Shown piece after piece: positions 18,679-27,671 of a DNA stretch of 56,796 bases. The notes beneath the pieces are model-generated. The model made no database searches and was not told the DNA's origin. It saw only the letters and a list, made by a program, of their open reading frames with translations. The DNA comes from a virus (Duplodnaviria; Caudoviricetes), in the IMG/VR virus record IMGVR_UViG_3300025011_000055, positions 1 to 56,796 of that record; one strand, written 5' to 3'. Each line of letters starts with the position of its first letter. The first letter of the stretch is position 1. The position numbers and the translations under genes are program-made.

Positions 18679-19244
18679 CCAACCGTAACCATGTGGTGCC
18701 AAACGTAACCAAACGTAACCAAAGGTGGACACTTGGGCACACATAATTGGCACCAAACGGACACTAAACATAACCACCTGGCATCAGTAGGCACCGGCTG
18801 GACACGTATAATTGGCACCATCTGGCACCGCATTAACATCAACTGGCACCAGATGGTTACAGGTAAGCTAAAAAAAGGTAATCATTTCAAAGAGTTACAA
18901 TCCTGTGTGTCCAAAAGTGGCCAATAGTGTCCAACCGTACACCTCCCCCCTGTGTCGTGAGTGTTGAAAGGGTAGTCTGTTTTAGTATTTAATTTTTTTA
19001 TTAAATACTTAAATACCAGGTCCAGAGAGGGTGGGGAGGTGTACGCACGGACACTTTTGACGCCAACCGTACACAGCCCTAAAATTCTCCAACAATATCA
19101 ACCACTTACCCAAGCAACCTGTCACCAACCGGACACCACCTGTCACCACAAGGCACCAGCTGGACACCAAAAACCGTCACCAGCCGTCACCAAACCATTG
19201 ACAACCGGCACCAAACCATGCTATACTGTCACCAACCGGACACC
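18679..19244. repeat. Iteron-like repeat region around a palindromic AT core (candidate origin or packaging site)
   Basis: GNCACC arrays; 13-bp inverted repeat 18936-18948/19033-19045; AT palindrome 18984-19009. Confidence 0.7.
19198..19227 (+). promoter_or_regulatory. Sigma70-type promoter
   Basis: TTGACA-18-TATACT with TG extension. Confidence 0.65.
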
Positions 19245-19294
19245 CTTGCAAGCCACCTATGCTTGCTAAACAACCATTCATAAGGAGTCACAAT

Positions 19295-19873
19295 ATGTCA
19301 AGCCCTCACATGTCCTTTCGCCTAAACCATTACCAACTCGCCAAAGCATTAAGAATCCTAGTAACCTTGGAACCAGATCAACCAATACCATCATTATCCC
19401 AGGCAGCCAAGCTAATAATCATCGACTGGATATCAAAGCATTCCATACACACATCGTTAGAGTGTGCTCAAGCAGACATAAAAGCCATTGAGACAATCAT
19501 TGCATTACCAATTGATCGAATCGACCCATACACAACCATTCGGCAGATTATGGCCCAAGCAAAGGCGCAATCTCAACCATTCCAGGCACAACAAGAATTT
19601 CAGATAAAAGAACAGGCAAAGAAGTCAGCCCAGCAGATACAAAGAGATATCGAAGATGCCAGACTCTTTGAACAGCTCAGACGTGAACATGCATTAAAAG
19701 AAGCACAAGAAGCAAAAGATAAAGATATTGAGGCACAAATAGAGTTATCTTTAAACACAAGAAAACCACTTCCCAAGCCATCAGACTTCCATGATCCAAA
19801 CATCACCGAATCAGAAATATCAACAATAACTGACTTCAGTCCTCCGAAAGATTGGATTGATAGCGAGGAATAA
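19295..19873 (+). CDS. Putative ribbon-helix-helix-like DNA-binding protein with coiled-coil tail
   Basis: TAAGGAG RBS; N-terminus paralogous to 23015-23320. Confidence 0.65.
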   Translation: MSSPHMSFRLNHYQLAKALRILVTLEPDQPIPSLSQAAKLIIIDWISKHSIHTSLECAQADIKAIETIIALPIDRIDPYTTIRQIMAQAKAQSQPFQAQQEFQIKEQAKKSAQQIQRDIEDARLFEQLRREHALKEAQEAKDKDIEAQIELSLNTRKPLPKPSDFHDPNITESEISTITDFSPPKDWIDSEE

Positions 19874-20132
19874 GCACAACGAATGAACGGGCATAACGTG
19901 GTGGAATTACACGGTTTTTTCCGTTATGCCCGTTACAACGGCCACCACACGCTACACGCCACGTTTCCAACCGTCCATGCAACCATACCCGTTGCCCCGT
20001 TCCGGCCAGCCACAGCGATCCTACGCCATTCTAGCCGCTATTCCGCCCAACCGCCATACTATATACACGCCACCGACCAACTACCACAACGTAGCACACG
20101 GCACAACCGTAAACCGCCTACGTGTTTTTCTG

Positions 20133-20161
20133 TTGACAAACCCTCTTGTATACGGTACACT
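20133..20161 (+). promoter_or_regulatory. Sigma70-type promoter
   Basis: TTGACA-17-TACACT. Confidence 0.6.
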
Positions 20162-20419
20162 ATACCTATAATATACCTATACTTTTTCACCAGACAGCCA
20201 ACCATCACCTGGAGCTATCATGCGACTCATGCAGGCAAACTATTATCTTGTAATTCGCCGACTGGAAAATACCACCAGCAGAGGAACAATCGTTGCAGGA
20301 TATAAAACCAAAGAACAGGCAGAGCAAGACAAAATTGACTATCTAAAGCGGATGCCAAATCATAACGTCTGGGTAATAGCCAGAGAAGATTATTAATCAC
20401 ATCAAAATAGGAGAACATC

Positions 20420-20686
20420 ATGGAAACTGGCTGTGCATGGAACATGATAGGAAATAAGGAAAGAATTGAACAGGAATTTAAGATTAAGTTTAAAGGCCCA
20501 GGTTTCTACCTTTCCAATACTGACACTCTCTTAATTATACCATTAAACACAGAATTTAAAAAGATCTGGCATCAAACACAGCCTGAAAATACACAATATT
20601 ATGTAGAAGTATGGAACACGGATTTTTATAATACAATCTATGCTGTAATTGCTACTGCACCTGTTAGATTAGATGATCGAGAGTAA
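20420..20686 (+). CDS. Hypothetical early protein
   Basis: AGGAG RBS. Confidence 0.6.
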   Translation: METGCAWNMIGNKERIEQEFKIKFKGPGFYLSNTDTLLIIPLNTEFKKIWHQTQPENTQYYVEVWNTDFYNTIYAVIATAPVRLDDRE

Positions 20687-20689
20687 CTT

Positions 20690-20977
20690 ATGAACACAAC
20701 ATTCTATTATGCCCTTATTCCAAGTGAACTCTTCCACCTGCAGGAACAATGCACAATCTGGATGCCTGAAACCCAGCCACTTGACCAAGCAATCTGGAAG
20801 ATATCCCAGATCATTGCAACCTGTAATCTGAGCTACTTATTCCAGATTTCAGAAATGATCAAGATCGGAGCCATCACACCAAGTGATGTCATTTGGATTG
20901 AAGTCAAGCACAAAACAGCGACAGGTTACACATTTAGCAATGACGGCAAGATTGCAAACTTTTTCAGAATTGTCTAG
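20690..20977 (+). CDS. Hypothetical early protein
   Basis: Packed ORF with RBS. Confidence 0.6.
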   Translation: MNTTFYYALIPSELFHLQEQCTIWMPETQPLDQAIWKISQIIATCNLSYLFQISEMIKIGAITPSDVIWIEVKHKTATGYTFSNDGKIANFFRIV

Positions 20978-21034
20978 CCAACCCAAGCAACGAAGTCGCC
21001 CGCCTGTAACCACCAGCCATAAGGAGAACAAATC

Positions 21035-21367
21035 ATGAAGATTGTAATAAACACTTGTTACGGCGGTTTTGGATTGTCAGATAAAGCCATTTTAAAAATT
21101 GCAGAATTGAAGGAAATTACCTTATACCGTAAAAGCGAAGATTCTTTTTATAGCTCACCAGATTTTGACGATGAATCGTACTTTTCCGAATATGATATTG
21201 AAAGAGATTCTTTAGAGCTTGTCCAGGCAGTAGAAGAACTTAAAGAAGAATCAAATGGAGATCATGCAAACCTCAAAGTAGTTGAAGTTCCCGATGATGT
21301 TGATTGGTATATTGAAGAATATGATGGCCTCGAGCATGTAGCCGAAGTACATCGAACCTGGAGCTAA
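21035..21367 (+). CDS. Conserved phage hypothetical protein
   Basis: KIVINTCYGGFGLS...IEEYDGLE.V.E.HRTW pattern common in phages; TAAGGAG RBS. Confidence 0.8.
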   Translation: MKIVINTCYGGFGLSDKAILKIAELKEITLYRKSEDSFYSSPDFDDESYFSEYDIERDSLELVQAVEELKEESNGDHANLKVVEVPDDVDWYIEEYDGLEHVAEVHRTWS

Positions 21368-21413
21368 ATTGTACAGTTTTTAGATTAATATTCCTATCTA
21401 AGGAGAACAACTA

Positions 21414-21608
21414 ATGAATAAGCAAAGCTACGAAATTCAGTCCATTTATTCCTGCAAATGTGGCAAACCAATCAAAATGAACCTATGTAGTAAGAAAAAT
21501 AGCAAATCTCTTCTCTGCTACAAGTGCCACAGAATTTCAATTGGAAAGCCAGCCCAGCATGTACCGCGAAGAAAAAGGCTTGATGCAGGACTGCCAGTGC
21601 ATAACTAA
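21414..21608 (+). CDS. Small Zn-finger-like protein
   Basis: CKCG and CYKC motifs; AAGGAG RBS. Confidence 0.6.
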   Translation: MNKQSYEIQSIYSCKCGKPIKMNLCSKKNSKSLLCYKCHRISIGKPAQHVPRRKRLDAGLPVHN

Positions 21609-21706
21609 ATTGATTGCCTAATCACCAGGTCAAAGCCCTTTCAATCTTAATGTTTTGACCTGGTTATGAGTTAATCAATTTAATAATCTCAACAATGGAG
21701 CCAGCC

Positions 21707-21907
21707 ATGAAAACTAAACCACGCAGCAATAAAGATCATTTCACACCTTTTGAAGCCATGCATATAGAAGCTATTTGCCTTGGGATTCTTTGGACATTTG
21801 GAGCAATAGTCACAGTTTCCTTGTTAGTCTTCTTTGGCATCCACGAAGTAAAGGAAGTATTTCAACCAATTGTTGATGCTTTGCAAGTTCAGTCAACCAT
21901 TCAGTAA
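21707..21907 (+). CDS. Small membrane protein
   Basis: GGAG RBS; one TM helix. Confidence 0.55.
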   Translation: MKTKPRSNKDHFTPFEAMHIEAICLGILWTFGAIVTVSLLVFFGIHEVKEVFQPIVDALQVQSTIQ

Positions 21908-21949
21908 AAGTAAACTATATTGCCAAACAATTAGTTTAGCTGTTCACTT

Positions 21950-22186
21950 GTGAACGCCCATTACAAAAACTTCGCACTTAAGGAGGCCACAGCCATTATG
22001 AAGGGCAAAACAATTCGTTTCTATAACAGATTTGGAACCCATATGGGATGGAAATATCTTGCCAATGTGACATACTTTGAACTTATTAACTGGCTCAAAG
22101 CTGGCAACACCTTGAAAGTCCAAAAGCAAACACTTACTAAGGAATCTCACAGTAATGAAATCTTCAAAATATTACGGAGATCTTAG
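21950..22186 (+). CDS. Hypothetical protein (true start probably downstream, after AAGGAGG)
   Basis: ORF in the early operon. Confidence 0.5.
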   Translation: MNAHYKNFALKEATAIMKGKTIRFYNRFGTHMGWKYLANVTYFELINWLKAGNTLKVQKQTLTKESHSNEIFKILRRS

Positions 22187-22188
22187 CC

Positions 22189-22635
22189 ATGAAAAAACTC
22201 TGTCCAGTTTGCAACACCATCAATGAAGCAATCGGCTTCAATTTAACGGAAAAAGAAATTCATAACATTAGCAAAATTGGTTTGTCTGAGCAGCTTTGCA
22301 AGACTTGCTACCAGAAAGAACTTTCCACCAGGTTAGAGTCAACAAAATCTGAACTCATCCCACTGAACAAAGAGAAAGAAATTACTCAGACAGCTTACCA
22401 TAAAGCATACGAAGCCTGGAAAGATATTGCCAGCATTTATCAAGCTATCGATTACAATCTCAACATGAATAAACATGCAATCAAAATGAAAGAATCAACC
22501 AAAATTAGGGTGCCAAAAACTAGTGAGCCAGTCAACATTGAGCTTCTTTGTCAGCAGATTCTTTCCACTCTAAGTAAAGAACAACAACAGGCTATCATTC
22601 AAACCTTTAAAGCAACTCAAACTATTGGTAACTAA
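22189..22635 (+). CDS. Zn-finger plus coiled-coil hypothetical protein
   Basis: CPVC and CKTC motifs; GGAG RBS. Confidence 0.65.
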   Translation: MKKLCPVCNTINEAIGFNLTEKEIHNISKIGLSEQLCKTCYQKELSTRLESTKSELIPLNKEKEITQTAYHKAYEAWKDIASIYQAIDYNLNMNKHAIKMKESTKIRVPKTSEPVNIELLCQQILSTLSKEQQQAIIQTFKATQTIGN

Positions 22636-23012
22636 AATGACAATCAAAGACTTAGTTGTTGATCATCCATACTATTGCTCAGATAATAATTATTGCTCAA
22701 GAGAAGCTAGTCAAAATTGGGATACAATGACTGCCTTCTTAGATGAAATGGAAGATGCAGATATTGATATGAATTTAGTTTTTAGATGGGATATAAAAGA
22801 AAAGAGGGCTGAAGAAACAGATAATGTAACTGGTGAATATTATGCTGAGATATTCATAATGCATCAGCGTAAAGGATTATTTTGTCCCCACTTTGTTAAA
22901 ACCATTACTGAAGATGAAGTAGCCAGATTTATTAGTTATTTACAGAAACATAAAGAAAGATTAGATGAAATTTGGAAACCATTATAAAATAACTCAAACT
23001 ATTGGTAACTAA
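22614..23012 (+). repeat. 22-bp perfect direct repeats flanking one gene
   Basis: AACTCAAACTATTGGTAACTAA at 22614-22635 and 22991-23012. Confidence 0.92.
22637..22987 (+). CDS. Inserted AT-rich hypothetical protein
   Basis: HPYYC...D.DMNLVFRWD...QRKG pattern; lies between the direct repeats. Confidence 0.7.
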   Translation: MTIKDLVVDHPYYCSDNNYCSREASQNWDTMTAFLDEMEDADIDMNLVFRWDIKEKRAEETDNVTGEYYAEIFIMHQRKGLFCPHFVKTITEDEVARFISYLQKHKERLDEIWKPL

Positions 23013-23014
23013 TT

Positions 23015-23320
23015 ATGTCAAGTCCAATCATAACATTCCGTCTCACTACCTATCAGCTTGCTCGCGGCCTACAGATTGTTCGTAGCCTGGAACCGAACTT
23101 CCAACTTAATAGCCTATCGCAGCTAGTTAAGATCATCTATACTGATTACCTGGCAAAAATGACCCTCGGCCAGTCAGATGAAGTTGACCAAGACATCATG
23201 CAAGAAATCCAAGTCTTTATCATCAATCCCAGAAAGAGAGAAATCAACTTGGCCTCCCTAGCGGATGAGGAAAACTTCACTCCATCAGTTAGATCTAAAA
23301 TAGGAGTTAACCATGAGTAA
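23015..23320 (+). CDS. Putative RHH-like DNA-binding protein
   Basis: MSSP.ITFRL..YQLA...LSQ..K.I..D is shared with the 19295 ORF. Confidence 0.65.
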   Translation: MSSPIITFRLTTYQLARGLQIVRSLEPNFQLNSLSQLVKIIYTDYLAKMTLGQSDEVDQDIMQEIQVFIINPRKREINLASLADEENFTPSVRSKIGVNHE

Positions 23321-23573
23321 AGCCCGTGTAGTTTCAACCCGCATGACCATTGATGACCTTGCCAAAGCTAGAGATGGCCTACTTGCTAAAGGCATCGAAC
23401 CAGCTGACTTAACAACAACTAGTCAGATCATCAAACTTACCTTCTACTACGGAATTATTTATCTCTGCCAAGATCCAAAATCTCCACCCAGTCAAGAATC
23501 CACAGACTTTGTAAGCCAGAAATTCAGCCAGACAAAAGTAACCAGAGGACTTAACTTAACCGATTTGGAGTAA
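23313..23573 (+). CDS. Putative RHH-like protein (distant paralog)
   Basis: VVSTRM...LAKA...TSQIIKL pattern; AGGAG RBS. Confidence 0.6.
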   Translation: MSKARVVSTRMTIDDLAKARDGLLAKGIEPADLTTTSQIIKLTFYYGIIYLCQDPKSPPSQESTDFVSQKFSQTKVTRGLNLTDLE

Positions 23574-23591
23574 CTATTAAAGGAGTTTATT

Positions 23592-23885
23592 ATGGCAACT
23601 CTAACAATTACTACTTGTGATAGATGCAAAGCTGATGATTATACAAATCCAAATATTCAATTTTGGAAAATAGGTATAGCTGTAGGACATCATGGTACTT
23701 ATAGCTCATCTCCAAATATGGTAAAAGAAACTGAAAAACTATGGTGTAAAAAATGTATGCTTGAAAATGGAATAATATTTTCAGAGGCTGAAAGATCTAA
23801 AGAGTTAGATAATCCTTCTAAAGCACCTACATTTGAAGATATTCTTAAAGAATTTATAATTGAAATTATAGAAGAAAATAAATAA
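23592..23885 (+). CDS. AT-rich Zn-finger-like protein
   Basis: CDRC and CKKC motifs; AAGGAG RBS. Confidence 0.6.
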   Translation: MATLTITTCDRCKADDYTNPNIQFWKIGIAVGHHGTYSSSPNMVKETEKLWCKKCMLENGIIFSEAERSKELDNPSKAPTFEDILKEFIIEIIEENK

Positions 23886-23912
23886 ATAAGCTCAATTCAT
23901 TAGGAACCTACT

Positions 23913-24143
23913 ATGAAAAACCTTCCTTCCTACAAAACCCCAATTAACTTTCTATGTCCAGCCTGCAATCAGCCATGTTGCATAATTGCCTTAGACAGTT
24001 CATTTAGCTATTCTGGCACTCATTGCACTCATGGCCAAGCTGGTATTCACTATCCATCTGATTATGGATCGCCTGTAACTGATTGCTGCGAGGCAGATGT
24101 ACCAGATGCTGAGCTGGATGAACCAGATTATTATGATTATTAA
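23913..24143 (+). CDS. Cys-rich hypothetical protein
   Basis: CPAC, CC and HCTH motifs. Confidence 0.55.
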   Translation: MKNLPSYKTPINFLCPACNQPCCIIALDSSFSYSGTHCTHGQAGIHYPSDYGSPVTDCCEADVPDAELDEPDYYDY

Positions 24144-24155
24144 AGGATCTTAATT

Positions 24156-24404
24156 ATGAAAATACGAAGAGAAACTTATGAAGGGCATAAAGACACAGAA
24201 GTAAAAGATTATATAATTAACTGCTTAGATGGAAATGATTATGATAGAGGCGCATTGGAAGCTACTAGAAAGACTGCTGATAATGCTTGTGAAGCAATTG
24301 GAAAATTAATAAATATACTTGCAAACAAAGGATTATTGACTGCAACAGAGATTAAAGATATAGCAGGAGATTTTATGTCTGATAGTATTGAATTTGTAAA
24401 ATAA
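24156..24404 (+). CDS. Hypothetical protein
   Basis: AAGGA RBS. Confidence 0.55.
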   Translation: MKIRRETYEGHKDTEVKDYIINCLDGNDYDRGALEATRKTADNACEAIGKLINILANKGLLTATEIKDIAGDFMSDSIEFVK

Positions 24405-24417
24405 AATGAGGTAATCC

Positions 24418-25914
24418 ATGGTAATGAAATACAAAGGTAAAACTCTTACCACCGAACAAGAAGCGCACGTAAACACAATTCTTGATGGCAACAATTATGC
24501 AATCCAAGCTCCACCAGGTTCTGGTAAAACCTTCTTGTTGCTTGCAATGGCTCGCAAAATGTCAGGATATGGCTTGTCAATCTCATTCAACAAACTCCTA
24601 GCCCAGGAAGCAGCAACCAAGTTTTCCAGCAACATAATGTGTAAAACCGGTCATGCCTTAGCTTACGGAGCAGTTGGCTACAAATACAAGAAGAAGCTCA
24701 GCAAATTGACAGGCAAACAACTAGCGGATACTTTCGACATTGGAGAATGGCAATTATACAATAGTCCAGCCAATAAAGGATATCTCATCCTCAATACGAT
24801 CCGCAAATACTGCTACTCTAGTGACGAAGTTATTCAGTACAAGCATTTGCCAAGACTTACAATCTTGCAAGACAGTGACTTGGACATTATGCGTGAAGAT
24901 CTTGTACATTATGCCAATTTGGTGTTTAACGAAATGACAGACACAAACAAGCCTATGCCAATTACCCATGATGTTTATTTAAAAATCTGGGCACTCACAA
25001 ATCCAATCATTAACAAAGACTTTATCTTCTTTGACGAATACCAGGATAGCAATCCAGTAATTGCACAGGTAGTCAAGAATCAAAATTGTCAAAAGATTTT
25101 TGTTGGCGACTGTTTCCAGCAAATCTACAGTTGGCGTGGGGCAGTCAATGCCTTGCAGGATGACAATCTGGCAAAGCTATACATTACTAGAAGTTTCCGT
25201 TTTGGAGAGAATATAGCCAGTATGGCAAACAACATAATCACCGGTTACTATCCATATCAGTTTGATTATGTACCATTCCATGGCAATGACGACGTTACAT
25301 CCTCTATTCATTATGAACACTTACCAAGTGTAGATGCCATCCTATGCCGAACAAACAAAGGCATTATTGCAGAAACAATCGAGGCTCTTGGCAAGAATCT
25401 TTCTGTCCACATCCTCGGTGGAACGCAACAACTTACTTACCTTATCAACTCTATAATCCAGCTCAAGCTCCAGGGATATTCAAAGCATCCAGACCTCTTC
25501 CTATTTAAGAACTTCGTAGATTTAAAAGAATATGCAGATTCTCCTATGGGCGGAGACATTAAGCCTATCCTCAAATTGATCGAACTCTATGGTAGAGAAC
25601 GCTTACTATCTATTCTTGAATCCACTGTAGAAGATCCAAACGAAGCCGATGTAACCATAACTACAGCCCATAAAGCAAAAGGTTTGGAATGGCCTAGAGT
25701 GAGGCTGGCAAATGATTTTAAGGTTCCCAGTGATAATGGCAACCCCACTACTGAAGAAACCAACATATTATATGTAGCTGCATCCAGGGCACTTCATCAA
25801 CTCGATGTGAGCAAATGTGAAGCCTGCTGGCCTCATACTTTTGACAAGGCCCGAAAGGTTGCCTACGAACAATGGCAAGTAGATCAAATGAGTGAACGAG
25901 AAGAAAATGCATAA
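24418..25914 (+). CDS. Superfamily 1 (UvrD/Rep-like) DNA helicase
   Basis: APPGSGKT, DEYQD, VGD..QQIY.WRGA, SFRFG, TAHKAKGLEW and YVA.SRA motifs. Confidence 0.93.
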   Translation: MVMKYKGKTLTTEQEAHVNTILDGNNYAIQAPPGSGKTFLLLAMARKMSGYGLSISFNKLLAQEAATKFSSNIMCKTGHALAYGAVGYKYKKKLSKLTGKQLADTFDIGEWQLYNSPANKGYLILNTIRKYCYSSDEVIQYKHLPRLTILQDSDLDIMREDLVHYANLVFNEMTDTNKPMPITHDVYLKIWALTNPIINKDFIFFDEYQDSNPVIAQVVKNQNCQKIFVGDCFQQIYSWRGAVNALQDDNLAKLYITRSFRFGENIASMANNIITGYYPYQFDYVPFHGNDDVTSSIHYEHLPSVDAILCRTNKGIIAETIEALGKNLSVHILGGTQQLTYLINSIIQLKLQGYSKHPDLFLFKNFVDLKEYADSPMGGDIKPILKLIELYGRERLLSILESTVEDPNEADVTITTAHKAKGLEWPRVRLANDFKVPSDNGNPTTEETNILYVAASRALHQLDVSKCEACWPHTFDKARKVAYEQWQVDQMSEREENA

Positions 25915-26221
25915 ATGTCAAGCATGTCAACATGAATTTCTTCGTGGACCAGTTTATAATAGAATTACTCTGGGAAATAATAAATCCTTTAAATTTAGAT
26001 ATTGTCCAAAATGTCATACAGAAATTCCAGTAGAAAAGAAAACTGTTTCTTTATGGATAGATATTAATAAAGGGCAGCCAAAAGATCCGATGAAAATGAT
26101 TTTAGCTTATGATAATGATATGGGACAGCCAAGATTAGTATTAGGAGGGCATTTAAGTTGTATAAATGCTACTTATTGGATGAATATTCCTAAACTTCCA
26201 GATGGAGATTCTAACCTATGA
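25907..26221 (+). CDS. AT-rich Zn-ribbon hypothetical protein
   Basis: CQAC and CPKC motifs; C-terminal TYWM.IP.LP. Confidence 0.55.
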   Translation: MHKCQACQHEFLRGPVYNRITLGNNKSFKFRYCPKCHTEIPVEKKTVSLWIDINKGQPKDPMKMILAYDNDMGQPRLVLGGHLSCINATYWMNIPKLPDGDSNL

Positions 26222-26433
26222 ACAAACGACAACTTAAGAAAATAATCACTCTCTATAAAGAAGGCGTATCAGCTGAAGTTTGCATAGCAGCTATTCTAGA
26301 TCTTCTTGGCAAGAATGCTAGTTCATTAGAGAAGGGAACTGCTATTCATGAATTCTATGAGAAAAATATAAAATTAAAAATAGAAAATTATGGAAAATGC
26401 TATAAAGTCCCAGCTAAGGAGGTCAATCTGTGA
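26218..26433 (+). CDS. Hypothetical protein
   Basis: GGAG RBS; ATGA overlap. Confidence 0.55.
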   Translation: MNKRQLKKIITLYKEGVSAEVCIAAILDLLGKNASSLEKGTAIHEFYEKNIKLKIENYGKCYKVPAKEVNL

Positions 26434-26619
26434 TCAAGCGCAAATTCTTGCCAGAACTCCTTGGAATGAACCTTTACCAGACTTCTCGTGGCGAAACTTT
26501 TTATGCCTGGAATCATAAACATGCCATTAATAAAAGGCCAAACGAATTGATTTACTTTGTTACAGATGTTGAGAAAAGAATATTAATTATTAATAAATAA
26601 ATTAAAGGGAGGGATTAAA

Positions 26620-26919
26620 ATGTTTGAAGGAAAGAGAATTAAATACATTAGTCCAAGTGGTAAGGAATATAATGCTATGGTTGTTTCTTGTGTAAAAGAT
26701 ATTGGAGTAACAATAGTAAATGCGGATGATTCTTCACAATATCTTCGATGTTTAGTGATGAAAAATGCTCCAAATTTCTGGCCTGGAAAAGGTGAAATAA
26801 CAAAAACAAGAAAAATGTTTACAATACTTAGAAAAGGTATAATAAATGGTATTGTAGATAGATCTCTTGAATATATAGGAGGATTTGCTTCCTCTGATAC
26901 TTGTCCATTTGGACAATAG
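26620..26919 (+). CDS. Hypothetical protein
   Basis: GGAGGG RBS. Confidence 0.55.
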   Translation: MFEGKRIKYISPSGKEYNAMVVSCVKDIGVTIVNADDSSQYLRCLVMKNAPNFWPGKGEITKTRKMFTILRKGIINGIVDRSLEYIGGFASSDTCPFGQ

Positions 26920-26931
26920 AGGAGCATAGAC

Positions 26932-27198
26932 ATGAACTTTGACAAAACAATAGCCTTTATTGTTGGTATAACTCTTGGAACTGGTGGAATGTTTTATACT
27001 GTTAAGAGTGACTTAATAGAACGTGATAAGATAATAGCTGAACTTGAAAATAAAACAAACCTTGTGCCTGTCGTAACTGTTGACGCCTTAGGAATTTGTA
27101 AAGTAACCCAAGGAGGCAAAACCTACATGTTGATTGATGTCACTAATGAAACGAAAGCACTTGATAAAGTCGTACAAAAAGTTAATAAGGAGAAATAA
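26932..27198 (+). CDS. Membrane-anchored hypothetical protein
   Basis: GAGGAG RBS; N-terminal TM helix. Confidence 0.55.
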   Translation: MNFDKTIAFIVGITLGTGGMFYTVKSDLIERDKIIAELENKTNLVPVVTVDALGICKVTQGGKTYMLIDVTNETKALDKVVQKVNKEK

Positions 27199-27581
27199 TG
27201 TGCAAAAGATTACTCGAATACTTCATGCTCTTCTTACTCGCTTGTGTAACATTCAGTCTTTTTTTATGCGAAAAAGTAAAAGCTCTTATGATCAGGATAG
27301 AAAAATAATGCGAATAGCCAGACTACATATTTGGAGGGTAAAATGAGGACTTTAAAAAATACTTTGTTCTTCTTAGCCTCTTTTATAGGTGTAGGATTAT
27401 TTGTCCTTCTCATTGATAAATTGTATCCCACACCTCCGATTAATCAAGCAGCTTTGCAACCGTTTTCTAATAGAAACATTCTTACCAGTTTGGATAAATA
27501 ACTTGGCTTTATCTATAGATTGCGTAAGTATTTAAGGATTTTATGAAATAGTAAAAAGGCTAAAAAAGGTGAATTTTTTTG

Positions 27582-27610
27582 TTGACAGGGGGACGGTTTT
27601 CGGTTATTGT
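27582..27610 (+). promoter_or_regulatory. Sigma70-type promoter for the recombination/replication operon
   Basis: TTGACA-17-TATTGT with upstream A/T tracts; same hexamers as the 17643 promoter. Confidence 0.7.
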
Positions 27611-27671
27611 GTGGAGACATTTGACGGTGTTTAAAAATTCCTTAAAGCCCTAAAGGGTCTCCATCAATATA

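Noticed and set aside
18578-19244. CRISPR array
   Set aside because: The repeats are 6-19 bp, degenerate, and lack unique 30-40 bp spacers; there is no cas operon.
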